Shown: positions 26,718 to 35,514 of the stretch, piece by piece
Numbering within the stretch: the stretch's first letter is position 1
Layout: the number at the start of each line of letters is the position of its first letter
Source of the DNA: a virus
Taxonomy: Duplodnaviria; Caudoviricetes
Direction: 5' to 3' (one strand)
Virus record (IMG/VR): IMGVR_UViG_3300033552_000007
Span: 1-58,634 of that record
DNA length: 58,634 bases
Position numbers and translations under genes: made by a program
Notes under the pieces: generated by a model
Seen by the model: only the letters and a program-made list of their open reading frames with translations
Told to the model about the DNA's origin: nothing
The model's database searches: none

Positions 26718-27352
26718 GCCAGATTAACTTTGATTACTTTCTGGATGACGTGGTGCCTAGTGTTATTGGTGCCGAAATTCCATTGATCTTGCTGCACATT
26801 CGCAATGCGGCTATCCGCTTTTGTGAAAAGTCATGGGCGTGGCAATTGGATGGCTTGCCAATTGATGTAATCGGTTCAGAGCCTACCTATCCATTGGTTT
26901 CACCCAGCGATCAAGCTGAAATTGTGAAGATTATGAGCGTTAAATTAAACGGCAAGTTGCTAGACGTTAGTTCACTGCCTGCAATTGAAGCGGTTTATCA
27001 CGATTCATCCTACAGAAAAGGCAATCCGCACAGTTATTGGCAAGATTATGTCGAGCAGTTGAATTTATTCCCCATGCCAGACTTCTCAAAAGAGGCGGGC
27101 TTAACGTATCGCATGGCCTTACGCCCTAGCCGTACAGCGGAAGGCATGGATGGATCAGTGGCTAAACGTTACTTTGATGCAATCAGTGACGGTGCCAAAG
27201 CCAGTTTATTTGAGATTCCAAACAAGCCATGGAGTGATGGCCAAGCGTCTAGCTTTCATTCACAACGATTTAACGTGATGGCCACGCACGCACAGACCGA
27301 AGTTATGCGCGGCTTAGGACGTGGACCTATCCGAGTTGTAGGGCATACATAA
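26714..27352 (+). CDS. Podovirus adaptor / tail tubular protein A-like
   Basis: IRNAAIRFCEKS...LRPSR...IPNKPWSD. Confidence 0.7.
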   Translation: MSQINFDYFLDDVVPSVIGAEIPLILLHIRNAAIRFCEKSWAWQLDGLPIDVIGSEPTYPLVSPSDQAEIVKIMSVKLNGKLLDVSSLPAIEAVYHDSSYRKGNPHSYWQDYVEQLNLFPMPDFSKEAGLTYRMALRPSRTAEGMDGSVAKRYFDAISDGAKASLFEIPNKPWSDGQASSFHSQRFNVMATHAQTEVMRGLGRGPIRVVGHT

Positions 27353-27660
27353 TGATTAATCATATTATCGGTTCAACATTCAATAAGATTTGCGTCTACA
27401 AAAACGATTTAGGTGTGCCGCAAGACATTACCAATATTGACATTAAAGCGCAGATTTACACGCTTGATCGCGTACTGATTGCAACGCTTTTGATGACAAA
27501 AATATCCCCGTTACAAGGCGTATTTAGATTGCGCACGGAATCTGTTGGATGGCCAGACGGCCAAGCGATCTTTGATATTCGCTTTGTGATTGCTGGCGAT
27601 GTGGCGTTTACAGACAGCACTAAGCTTAATTTGATTAGTAGCTTTACCCAGCCTCTATGA
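27352..27660 (+). CDS. BppU-N-like virion protein
   Basis: GSTF...PQDITNIDIKAQI...FDIRF. Confidence 0.5.
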   Translation: MINHIIGSTFNKICVYKNDLGVPQDITNIDIKAQIYTLDRVLIATLLMTKISPLQGVFRLRTESVGWPDGQAIFDIRFVIAGDVAFTDSTKLNLISSFTQPL

Positions 27661-28145
27661 TTACCAGTATTCAAGACGCGCAACCACGGTACTTGGTAGA
27701 CATTACCGATGCAGTAGACGGCAGCACGATCACGCTGGATAGCACAGTTACGAAAGTGGTTGAGGTGAATAGCCAGGCCACAATCTCAATTACCGAAGCA
27801 ATACCGATTAACTTTATTGCGGCCAGTAGCATTATTGCGTTTAAGTTAATCACCACAGACGAAACAGGCAAAGCAGTTTATGCAGATGCGAACAATTTAT
27901 CGCATGTGCATAGTGTGTTTGGCGTAGCCGCCACATCAGCGGCCACAGGTAACAATATTATCGTGAAGCGTAGCGGCATTATTACCAATACCGGTTGGAC
28001 TTGGACGGCTAAACAATTTTTATACCTTGGTTTAAACGGGGATATTACCCCAAGCCAAGTCGGACTTATTTGTGTGTCTATTGGCTACGCAATTAACGCA
28101 ACAGAAATACTATTAAACATTCAAACAGGAACCATAAGGGGTTAG
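27657..28145 (+). CDS. Virion fibre / cement-like protein
   Basis: VYADA...GVAATSAATG...WTW...LYLGLNG domain. Confidence 0.6.
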   Translation: MITSIQDAQPRYLVDITDAVDGSTITLDSTVTKVVEVNSQATISITEAIPINFIAASSIIAFKLITTDETGKAVYADANNLSHVHSVFGVAATSAATGNNIIVKRSGIITNTGWTWTAKQFLYLGLNGDITPSQVGLICVSIGYAINATEILLNIQTGTIRG

Positions 28146-28148
28146 ATC

Positions 28149-28652
28149 ATGCCAGCAAAAAGCTTTTTACGATTAGTCAGCGGAGTTATTACTGCAATTA
28201 CAGGAACAGTGACAAGTGCAGGCGCCGCCAATGATGGTGATTTCCCTGTTTTAGACGGCACGGGCCGATTAGATTCAAGCGTTATGCCCGTTGGTATTGC
28301 CGCCGACACTTACACATCAACGGCAGGCGAAATTCTAGCGGCAGGCGCTTTTGTGTACATTACCAGTACAGGCACGATTTCCAATGCAAACGCCGCATCA
28401 GGCGGTAACGCGGCGCGCGGCTTTGTACTAGCGGCTTCGGCGGCAGCGGCGGCGGCCACCATCTTTTTTGAAGGCCGCAATACGGCTTTAGCAACACTTA
28501 CCATTGGCGCACGTTATTACTTATCAGACGCAACAGCCGGCGGCGTGACTGCAACGCCTGTATCTGGTGCCGGTAAAAAACATCAGTTCTTAGGTTATGC
28601 GGTAACAGCTTCTTCGCTTGACGCTGAAATTGACGACTTCGTAACGATCTAA
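28149..28652 (+). CDS. Virion fibre / cement-like protein
   Basis: SAGAANDGDFPVLDGTGRLD N-module plus cement-like domain. Confidence 0.6.
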   Translation: MPAKSFLRLVSGVITAITGTVTSAGAANDGDFPVLDGTGRLDSSVMPVGIAADTYTSTAGEILAAGAFVYITSTGTISNANAASGGNAARGFVLAASAAAAAATIFFEGRNTALATLTIGARYYLSDATAGGVTATPVSGAGKKHQFLGYAVTASSLDAEIDDFVTI

Positions 28653-29101
28653 TGGCCACGTTTGTTAGCATCATCAATGGTATTGCAACACTGTTAAGCG
28701 GTATTGCGTCCAGCGCTGGTGCAACAAATGCGGGTGCATTGGCGCAATTGGGCGCAGACGGACGGCTAGATCAAAGCTTAACGCAAGGTGCTGTAACCAA
28801 TACACCTGCCGCCGCAGGAACAGCCACACTGGATTTAGCTGTTTCAAATGAACAACGCATTACCATGCCAGCAGGCAATATCACCATTGCGCTATCTAAC
28901 GACACTAATACTAAGCGCTTCATTATCTCGATTACACAAGATGCGACGGGCGGTAGAACGGTAACTTGGTTCGCTGGTATTAGTTGGGCGGGTGGCGCAG
29001 TGCCAACGCTTACAACAGCGGCAAGCAAGCGCGATGTGTTTGGATTTATCCGCACAGGCGCAGGCACTTACGATGGTTTTATTGTAGGCAATAATATTTA
29101 A
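28652..29101 (+). CDS. Short fibre protein
   Basis: Paralogous N-module; QDATGGRTVTW...W.GG..PTLT...D.F fibre-tip domain. Confidence 0.65.
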   Translation: MATFVSIINGIATLLSGIASSAGATNAGALAQLGADGRLDQSLTQGAVTNTPAAAGTATLDLAVSNEQRITMPAGNITIALSNDTNTKRFIISITQDATGGRTVTWFAGISWAGGAVPTLTTAASKRDVFGFIRTGAGTYDGFIVGNNI

Positions 29102-29109
29102 GGGCAATA

Positions 29110-31023
29110 ATGGCTGACAATACTCTACAGAATGGAACGGCGTTAATCGCGACTGATGAAATAACTCAGCTTAACGGAGTAACAGTTCCAGCAGTGCAAG
29201 CGCAACGCGTTAAGGTAATTTTTGGTTCAGACGGTATAGGGCGTGATATAGATCCATCAAACCCATTGCCCGTTTCATTTCCGTCAGGTAAGAACACTGT
29301 CACGATTGCAGATACGCAGGCGGATATTCATGGCCAATTAGTTGAAGTGACGCGAATTTCGCAAATTTCCACTAAGTTTTTTCAGCAAGCCCCATCCAGC
29401 TTTTTAACCGTCACTGTTTCGGGTGGTGCGACAGCAACAGGGCCAACAGCGGGCGCAGGCGTATTCTCTACTAGCACAGCGGTAACGGCGGCATTACTAG
29501 CTCAAACGCCTGTTGGTATTTTATACGCGGCACAGTATGAAGCATGGGCAGTGTTATCAGGTGCGTACACGACACCAACATCGGCCGCCAGCTTTCAACG
29601 GCTTGGCATTTACGATGCAACCAATGGTTACAGTGTTGGTTATAACGGTTTAACTTTCGGTTTATGGGTTCGTGTTAATAGCGTAGATACTTTTATCGCA
29701 CAGACAGCATGGAACAAGGATGTTTTAAACGGCGCGGCTACTAGCCTATTTACAAGTAATAACGCACCAGTGGCATTGGTACCTACGAACATGAATATGT
29801 TTCGCATTAGGTTCGGTTGGTACGGCGGCGTTTCAGCTTTTTTCGAGGTCTACGCACCTGACGGTCATTGGATAATAGTACATCAAGTACGTACAGCCAA
29901 CTCGCAAATCGGTGTGAATATCACAATGCCCGATTTACCCATGACGGTTGAAGTGAATAAAACCGCATCGGACGCAACGAATTTAAGTATCACATGCGGG
30001 GGGTGGGCAGCTGGCATCACTGCCCCTTCTTCTGGCGCAAACTTAGGCGGCCAAAAGTCTATCGCGGCTTTAAATGCGGCGGTTAATATTCCCGTGTCTG
30101 GTATTGGGGAGCTTTCTTTTGCTATTTCAGGCACATGGGTGGCAACACTTTCATTTCAAAGCAGTTTAGACGGATTAACTTGGATTGCTGATTCTGCTTT
30201 AAATAGCATCACTAAAACGTTTGCAACTTCAACCACAATCAATGGCACGTTTAAAGCAGCGGTTTCTTCAAATCGTTTTTACCGATTAATTGCTACAGCT
30301 TTTACGTCAGGTAGCACAAATATTTCATATAGTGGTTCAAATACAAATAATTTTGTCATATCACAATCGCTCATTACAGATAGCAACAATGGCCCAGTAA
30401 CGGTCAAACCAGCGTCAACAGCGGCAGTAGCGGCTGATATGGCTTTAGTAGTAGCATTACATCCTACAACACCTTTACCAGCAGGAACGGCCAGTATAGG
30501 CACAGTCCAGCCGCCAGCGATTACAAAAGGTACTCAAGGCACTGTTGGTATTACTACGCAGGATTTAAAAGATGCAGGCCGCAATCTTACAACCTATTTT
30601 ATGGCACTGCCTATTGTTACAACCGCTGCTGATGCATTAGTTTCTTTAACAAGTTACAAAAATGGTGCGGCTGTTACCGCCGCGACTACGCCAGCCGTAG
30701 TAACTACAGGTAAAACGTTAAACATCACTAGCGTACATATTAACTATCTTTCGGTTGCAACAGGCGGCGGCGTTCGTATTAGTTTACGTGCCAATACTGC
30801 TGGATTAGCGGCTTTAGCTTCACCTGTTGTACAAAGTTGGTTTGTGGGTGGCCCAACTTCCGCAACCGCTGGCTTGTGGGCTAACGTAAGTATTCCCCTG
30901 CCTGATGGTTTAGAGTTTGCGGCAGGAACAGGATTAGCGGTGTCTATTGTGGGCATCAGTGCAACTGGTGTTGCCGCCGCTGCTGGTTACGCTACAGCAT
31001 CAATCACAGGTTACGAATACTAA
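29110..31023 (+). CDS. Virion fibre / receptor-binding protein with lectin-like beta domains
   Basis: Ala/Thr/Gly-rich; QRVKV...NPLPV and PASTAAVAADMALVVAL motifs. Confidence 0.6.
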   Translation: MADNTLQNGTALIATDEITQLNGVTVPAVQAQRVKVIFGSDGIGRDIDPSNPLPVSFPSGKNTVTIADTQADIHGQLVEVTRISQISTKFFQQAPSSFLTVTVSGGATATGPTAGAGVFSTSTAVTAALLAQTPVGILYAAQYEAWAVLSGAYTTPTSAASFQRLGIYDATNGYSVGYNGLTFGLWVRVNSVDTFIAQTAWNKDVLNGAATSLFTSNNAPVALVPTNMNMFRIRFGWYGGVSAFFEVYAPDGHWIIVHQVRTANSQIGVNITMPDLPMTVEVNKTASDATNLSITCGGWAAGITAPSSGANLGGQKSIAALNAAVNIPVSGIGELSFAISGTWVATLSFQSSLDGLTWIADSALNSITKTFATSTTINGTFKAAVSSNRFYRLIATAFTSGSTNISYSGSNTNNFVISQSLITDSNNGPVTVKPASTAAVAADMALVVALHPTTPLPAGTASIGTVQPPAITKGTQGTVGITTQDLKDAGRNLTTYFMALPIVTTAADALVSLTSYKNGAAVTAATTPAVVTTGKTLNITSVHINYLSVATGGGVRISLRANTAGLAALASPVVQSWFVGGPTSATAGLWANVSIPLPDGLEFAAGTGLAVSIVGISATGVAAAAGYATASITGYEY

Positions 31024-31033
31024 GGCGGGATAA

Positions 31034-31105
31034 ATGCTACTACTACTTAGACCGAAACCACTTGTTGCACCAACTAATCCAGCCTTCTTGTTGATGATGC
31101 TGTAA
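31034..31105 (+). CDS. 23-aa hydrophobic peptide (not in ORF track)
   Basis: MLLLLRPKPLVAPTNPAFLLMML; RBS-like aaggcggga; followed by terminator at ~31134-31158. Confidence 0.35.
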   Translation: MLLLLRPKPLVAPTNPAFLLMML

Positions 31106-31172
31106 GCCGTTAAACATTTTTTAGATTTAAAACAAAGCTCACTTATGTGGGCTTTTTTATTGGGGATTCACT

Positions 31173-32222
31173 ATGCAACTACGATTTGTTACTTCGTTAA
31201 GTAACGCGGCACAAGGCAGGGATATAACGGGTAATTTTGTGCGCATGCTTAACGGCACTTCGCACATTATTAGCACGGTTGACTTGGATTACTTTGTTTC
31301 GCGGCCTAACCATTTTGCCGTATCAGCCATTAATGTTGATATAGGGGCTTTTCAATTAGATGCAAACGGTATTCCTAATGGCTTCTTACAACCAGGCGGC
31401 GCCGTTAAGTTGTTCTCCGCGTTGGTAAATGAAAACATTGATTACGCGACTTTTAACTCACAAATTGCGGCAGTTCAAGCAATTAATGCAACTCAAGCAA
31501 GCAGCATTACAAGTAATGCGAGCAGTATTGCAGCAGTTAATACGCTAGTTGCAACGGCATTGGCCAACAACGCATCGCAAAATACTGCCATAACGGCGAT
31601 TCAGACTGTTAATGCAGCGCAAGCAAACAGTATCGCAACGCTTAACACGATAGTTGCAGAAGGGCCATCTACCGCACTTCAAGGAGATATTACTGCGATT
31701 AAGGCGCTTAATTTAAGCCAAACCTCACTTATCACGACCTTGCAAGCATCCGTTGCATCGCTACAAGCGGCAATCATTCCCGCGATCGTTCAGGCAATTA
31801 CAAGCCCGATTGTATTAGAAGGCGCAAACATTGTCTTTACTGTGACATTAAGTAAAGTTTCAACTGGACAACCCTTTGAGTTTGCCCTAACTGGCACGGC
31901 CATTGGAGGCACAGATTACGGGCTGCCACTTGTACTCAATAGTGGAGTGCTTATTAATGGGACTAGCTTCTTTGTGCCAAGCGGAGTGACAATTTTTACG
32001 GCCACTACCATGACTTCACCAGACGTGGTTGCAGAAGCCCCTGAAACCGTGATATTTACTGTTGGCGGCCTGTCAGGCACAGCAACCATTACAGATACAA
32101 CTCCTGCTGTCCAGACCATCGCAGGCACAACAAGCGGCGATACAACCGTGTACACAATCACTTTAGATAAGCCTTCTGTCGCAGGCCAGTTATTCACACC
32201 AGTTTTGTCAGGAGCACTATAA
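31173..32222 (+). CDS. Coiled-coil fibre with Calx-beta-like domain
   Basis: Heptad stalk then VLEG.NIVFTVTLS...TA.GGTDY...VPSGVT.F...E.PET...TATITD. Confidence 0.65.
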   Translation: MQLRFVTSLSNAAQGRDITGNFVRMLNGTSHIISTVDLDYFVSRPNHFAVSAINVDIGAFQLDANGIPNGFLQPGGAVKLFSALVNENIDYATFNSQIAAVQAINATQASSITSNASSIAAVNTLVATALANNASQNTAITAIQTVNAAQANSIATLNTIVAEGPSTALQGDITAIKALNLSQTSLITTLQASVASLQAAIIPAIVQAITSPIVLEGANIVFTVTLSKVSTGQPFEFALTGTAIGGTDYGLPLVLNSGVLINGTSFFVPSGVTIFTATTMTSPDVVAEAPETVIFTVGGLSGTATITDTTPAVQTIAGTTSGDTTVYTITLDKPSVAGQLFTPVLSGAL

Positions 32223-35200
32223 ATGAGTTTAATTTTTATAGCAGAGGCTATTCCAACCAAATCAGCAAACATTATTACTGCCACGGCAGCTAATATTGGT
32301 ACTGCTGCTGCTAGTAGGCGAGTAGTTGTTTCGTTGATTGGCGAATCTACAAGTAGAATTGCAAGTGCCACAATTGGCGGAGTTGCAGTAATTATTCACA
32401 CAACGGAGGAATTTAGCAGTGGTGGTGCATCTGTATTTTCTGCAATAGTACCTACAGGAACTACTGGGGATATTGTCGCAACTATGGCTGGAACAGTTTT
32501 TGGCGCTCCTATTTTTGTAGTTTATACAATTGATAACGCAGCAGTATTAAATGGTGATGCGCCTAACGTTTCAACAAATGTTTTTAAAGACGCATTATCC
32601 GTTACGATTGATTATGCAAGTTACGCAACCGCATCAAGTCTTTTATCTGTTGGCTTTTTAAGTGGTAATAGAACACCATATACAAACAATAAAAGTTTTG
32701 TACAAAATTCCGCGCTTGATAAACGTTTTGTTGGTAGTTTAAATGGCGATATAGCAGGCAATACTTCAATTACGTTAAGCTGGGCAACTGCATCTCAAGG
32801 TGCAGCAGCAGTTGTTACATGGCCGCCTTCAACCGCAACCGCTGTTCTTAATCCACCTGTTAATACTGTACCAGTTGGGCAAACTGGAGTTGTTAACACG
32901 TCTAAAGCGATTACTGGTGTTCGTGTAAACGACCCCAACAACAACTTATCAAAAACGCAAGTGACAGCTTCATCAGGTAATGTAAGCGTTTCTTTAAATG
33001 GCGCTACAGTTTCAGCTGGTGTAAATAATAGTTCTACCTTTACTATAAGTGGTACTCAAGCACAGATTAATGCGGCACTAGCTACATTAACGTATATTCA
33101 TGCTACAGCAGGTACTTATACTATTACGGTTCTTTCTACCGATAGTAGTGCTACTCCATTAACCGATACAGACACAATAGCTGTTACGGTAAATGCTGCA
33201 AGCCCTCCTGTAAATACAGTACCTGCCGCACAAACAGTTTTAAATAATACGGATCTAGCAATTACAGGGGTTAGCGTTAATGATGCTGATGGTAATTTGG
33301 CATCGACTAAATTGACGGTTTTAAACGGAACAATAACGGTTAGTTTAGCTGGCGGCGCAACAATAAATTTAGGTGCAAATGGTTCAGCAACTCTTACGTT
33401 AATCGGTACGCAAACTCAAATTAATGCAGCGTTAGGCACAATAAGTTATAAAAGTAATTTAACTTTTTCTGGCGCAGACACTTTAACTGTACTTTCAACA
33501 GACAGCTCTGCTACACCATTAACAGATTCAGACAATATTACAATTACAGTAACGCCACAAACAGCACCCGTTAATACTGTTCCTGCAACACAAAATGCGG
33601 GTGTTAATGTGGCTAAATCAATTACTGGCATTAGCGTTACAGACGCAGAAAATAATTTAGCCACCACAAGATTAACAGCGACAGGCGGAACGGTATCAGT
33701 AAGCCTTATAGGAGGCGCAATCATTAGTTTGGGAACTAACAATTCAGCCGCGCTTACAATAAGTGGTACTCAGACACAAATCAATGCGGCTTTAGCTACT
33801 GTCAGTTACACAGGCACGGCTGTTGGTAATCAGACTATTACTGTTTTATCTACCGATACTACAGGCACACCATTAACCGATTCTGATGTGATTAATATCA
33901 CAGTGAAAGACGCTTATTCCATTGCTAACACTGCGTTAAAAGTTACAGGTGAGTTATCAAATGGTGTTGTTTTAGATGCAAATAAAAAATGGGCCGTTCC
34001 CTCCGGAACTACATCATGGACATTCACCGTTCAAAAATTAGCGGCAGAACATACCGCAGAAATCACATTAAGCCTTGAAGGCGTTGCAAGCACAGGCGGC
34101 ACGTCTAACGGTTCTGTTAATCCAGCCACTAATGTATTTATTACCGAGGCGGCCTATCCATTATTAACTCCACAACAACGCACGAATGTAGAAACAACTG
34201 GTGGCGGTCATCCGCTGTTCATTGTTTCTAAAAATGCAGGCGATACAGCTGATGCGTTTGATGTATTAAGTGCGGCAACAAAAGATGGCACTTATAGTAC
34301 CTATTTAATAGACCAATTATTTTCTCCATCAGCTAACGTTATGGGAGAAGTTGGCAGGAATCATTCAGCGTTTTCAATTATTAACGAATCCAACATGCCA
34401 GCCACTATAACTGCTGGTACAAAAGGCTTGTTATATGACACCGCAGGACAGAGTGAATGGCTGGAATTAAGCGACCTTTCAACTAAAACAGATGGGCTTG
34501 GCGTAACTAGTATTCGATTATTAAACGCATCAAAAATGGCTATTTGGGATTCTCCTATGCCTATTAAAGTCGACTTTCAAGATGTGGCGCGTGTTGCCCT
34601 ATTAACTAATCCAGTTGTAGGAGCTGCGGTTATAGCAGACGGGGTGCAACGTTTCTTTAAAATTATTCCTAAAGTAATTGGTGGCGCTAGTGTAAACCCA
34701 GCGTTAGTCACACCAATACCATTAACGATTACTAGCAGAAGCCGTAAACCGTGGCCAGTGCGTGACGTAAGATTTACTCGTAACAATACTGTAGATAAAG
34801 GGTCTTTCCCAGAGGAGGATTTAGACCAAGGGGGTACAGAAATTTTCATTTATCCATCTTCTCGTACTGAAACAGTAACGTCTGGTTTCTACCAACCGGC
34901 GGCAGCATTTGAAACAGGAGTTACTATTCATGTGGACGTTAAAACGGTAGGCGGTGAAACTTTACTGAGAACGCTTACTGCTACAAATGGCACAAATGCC
35001 TCTTACAGTGAAACAAACCGCACTACTGATATTCAGCGATATTCAACACAGTACGAAGTCTACACCAAGAAAAATGGCATTGAATCAGTGCGTTTTATTC
35101 ACGTTGTAAATCAACGCATTACTTACAATAACGCCGTAACAGCTGTAAACGCAACAATTGTGGCAAGCAATATCAGAGGCGCAATTACATTGAAAGCAGC

Positions 35201-35501
35201 TGAAGGCGGTACAGCAGGTACAGGCCAAGAAACTGGTACTTATTTAGTGAAACTATCAGGAACATTATTTCCAACGGTCAACATGGACACAATGACAATT
35301 GAAAATGACGCGGCAACTATATCGTCTTATGACAATAGCACTGGTGAATTAATTGTATTAGCACCACGCGCATTAATTGGTTTTGTAGTAATAGTTCCTT
35401 TCACTGGCACAGGCACAATTACCGTGTTTGCGGGTTCTATATCCAATGACGCTACTTTCAACAGTGATGCAGGTATAACAAGTTCACCAGCAACAATTTA
35501 A
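32223..35501 (+). CDS. Large adhesin-like / tail-associated protein with three cadherin-like repeats
   Basis: Three PVNTVP...SVxD...GTQxQINAAL...DxDxIxITV repeats (~32850-33910); tail-tip-like C-terminal half. Confidence 0.65.
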   Translation: MSLIFIAEAIPTKSANIITATAANIGTAAASRRVVVSLIGESTSRIASATIGGVAVIIHTTEEFSSGGASVFSAIVPTGTTGDIVATMAGTVFGAPIFVVYTIDNAAVLNGDAPNVSTNVFKDALSVTIDYASYATASSLLSVGFLSGNRTPYTNNKSFVQNSALDKRFVGSLNGDIAGNTSITLSWATASQGAAAVVTWPPSTATAVLNPPVNTVPVGQTGVVNTSKAITGVRVNDPNNNLSKTQVTASSGNVSVSLNGATVSAGVNNSSTFTISGTQAQINAALATLTYIHATAGTYTITVLSTDSSATPLTDTDTIAVTVNAASPPVNTVPAAQTVLNNTDLAITGVSVNDADGNLASTKLTVLNGTITVSLAGGATINLGANGSATLTLIGTQTQINAALGTISYKSNLTFSGADTLTVLSTDSSATPLTDSDNITITVTPQTAPVNTVPATQNAGVNVAKSITGISVTDAENNLATTRLTATGGTVSVSLIGGAIISLGTNNSAALTISGTQTQINAALATVSYTGTAVGNQTITVLSTDTTGTPLTDSDVINITVKDAYSIANTALKVTGELSNGVVLDANKKWAVPSGTTSWTFTVQKLAAEHTAEITLSLEGVASTGGTSNGSVNPATNVFITEAAYPLLTPQQRTNVETTGGGHPLFIVSKNAGDTADAFDVLSAATKDGTYSTYLIDQLFSPSANVMGEVGRNHSAFSIINESNMPATITAGTKGLLYDTAGQSEWLELSDLSTKTDGLGVTSIRLLNASKMAIWDSPMPIKVDFQDVARVALLTNPVVGAAVIADGVQRFFKIIPKVIGGASVNPALVTPIPLTITSRSRKPWPVRDVRFTRNNTVDKGSFPEEDLDQGGTEIFIYPSSRTETVTSGFYQPAAAFETGVTIHVDVKTVGGETLLRTLTATNGTNASYSETNRTTDIQRYSTQYEVYTKKNGIESVRFIHVVNQRITYNNAVTAVNATIVASNIRGAITLKAAEGGTAGTGQETGTYLVKLSGTLFPTVNMDTMTIENDAATISSYDNSTGELIVLAPRALIGFVVIVPFTGTGTITVFAGSISNDATFNSDAGITSSPATI

Positions 35502-35514
35502 TAAAGGCAAACAA

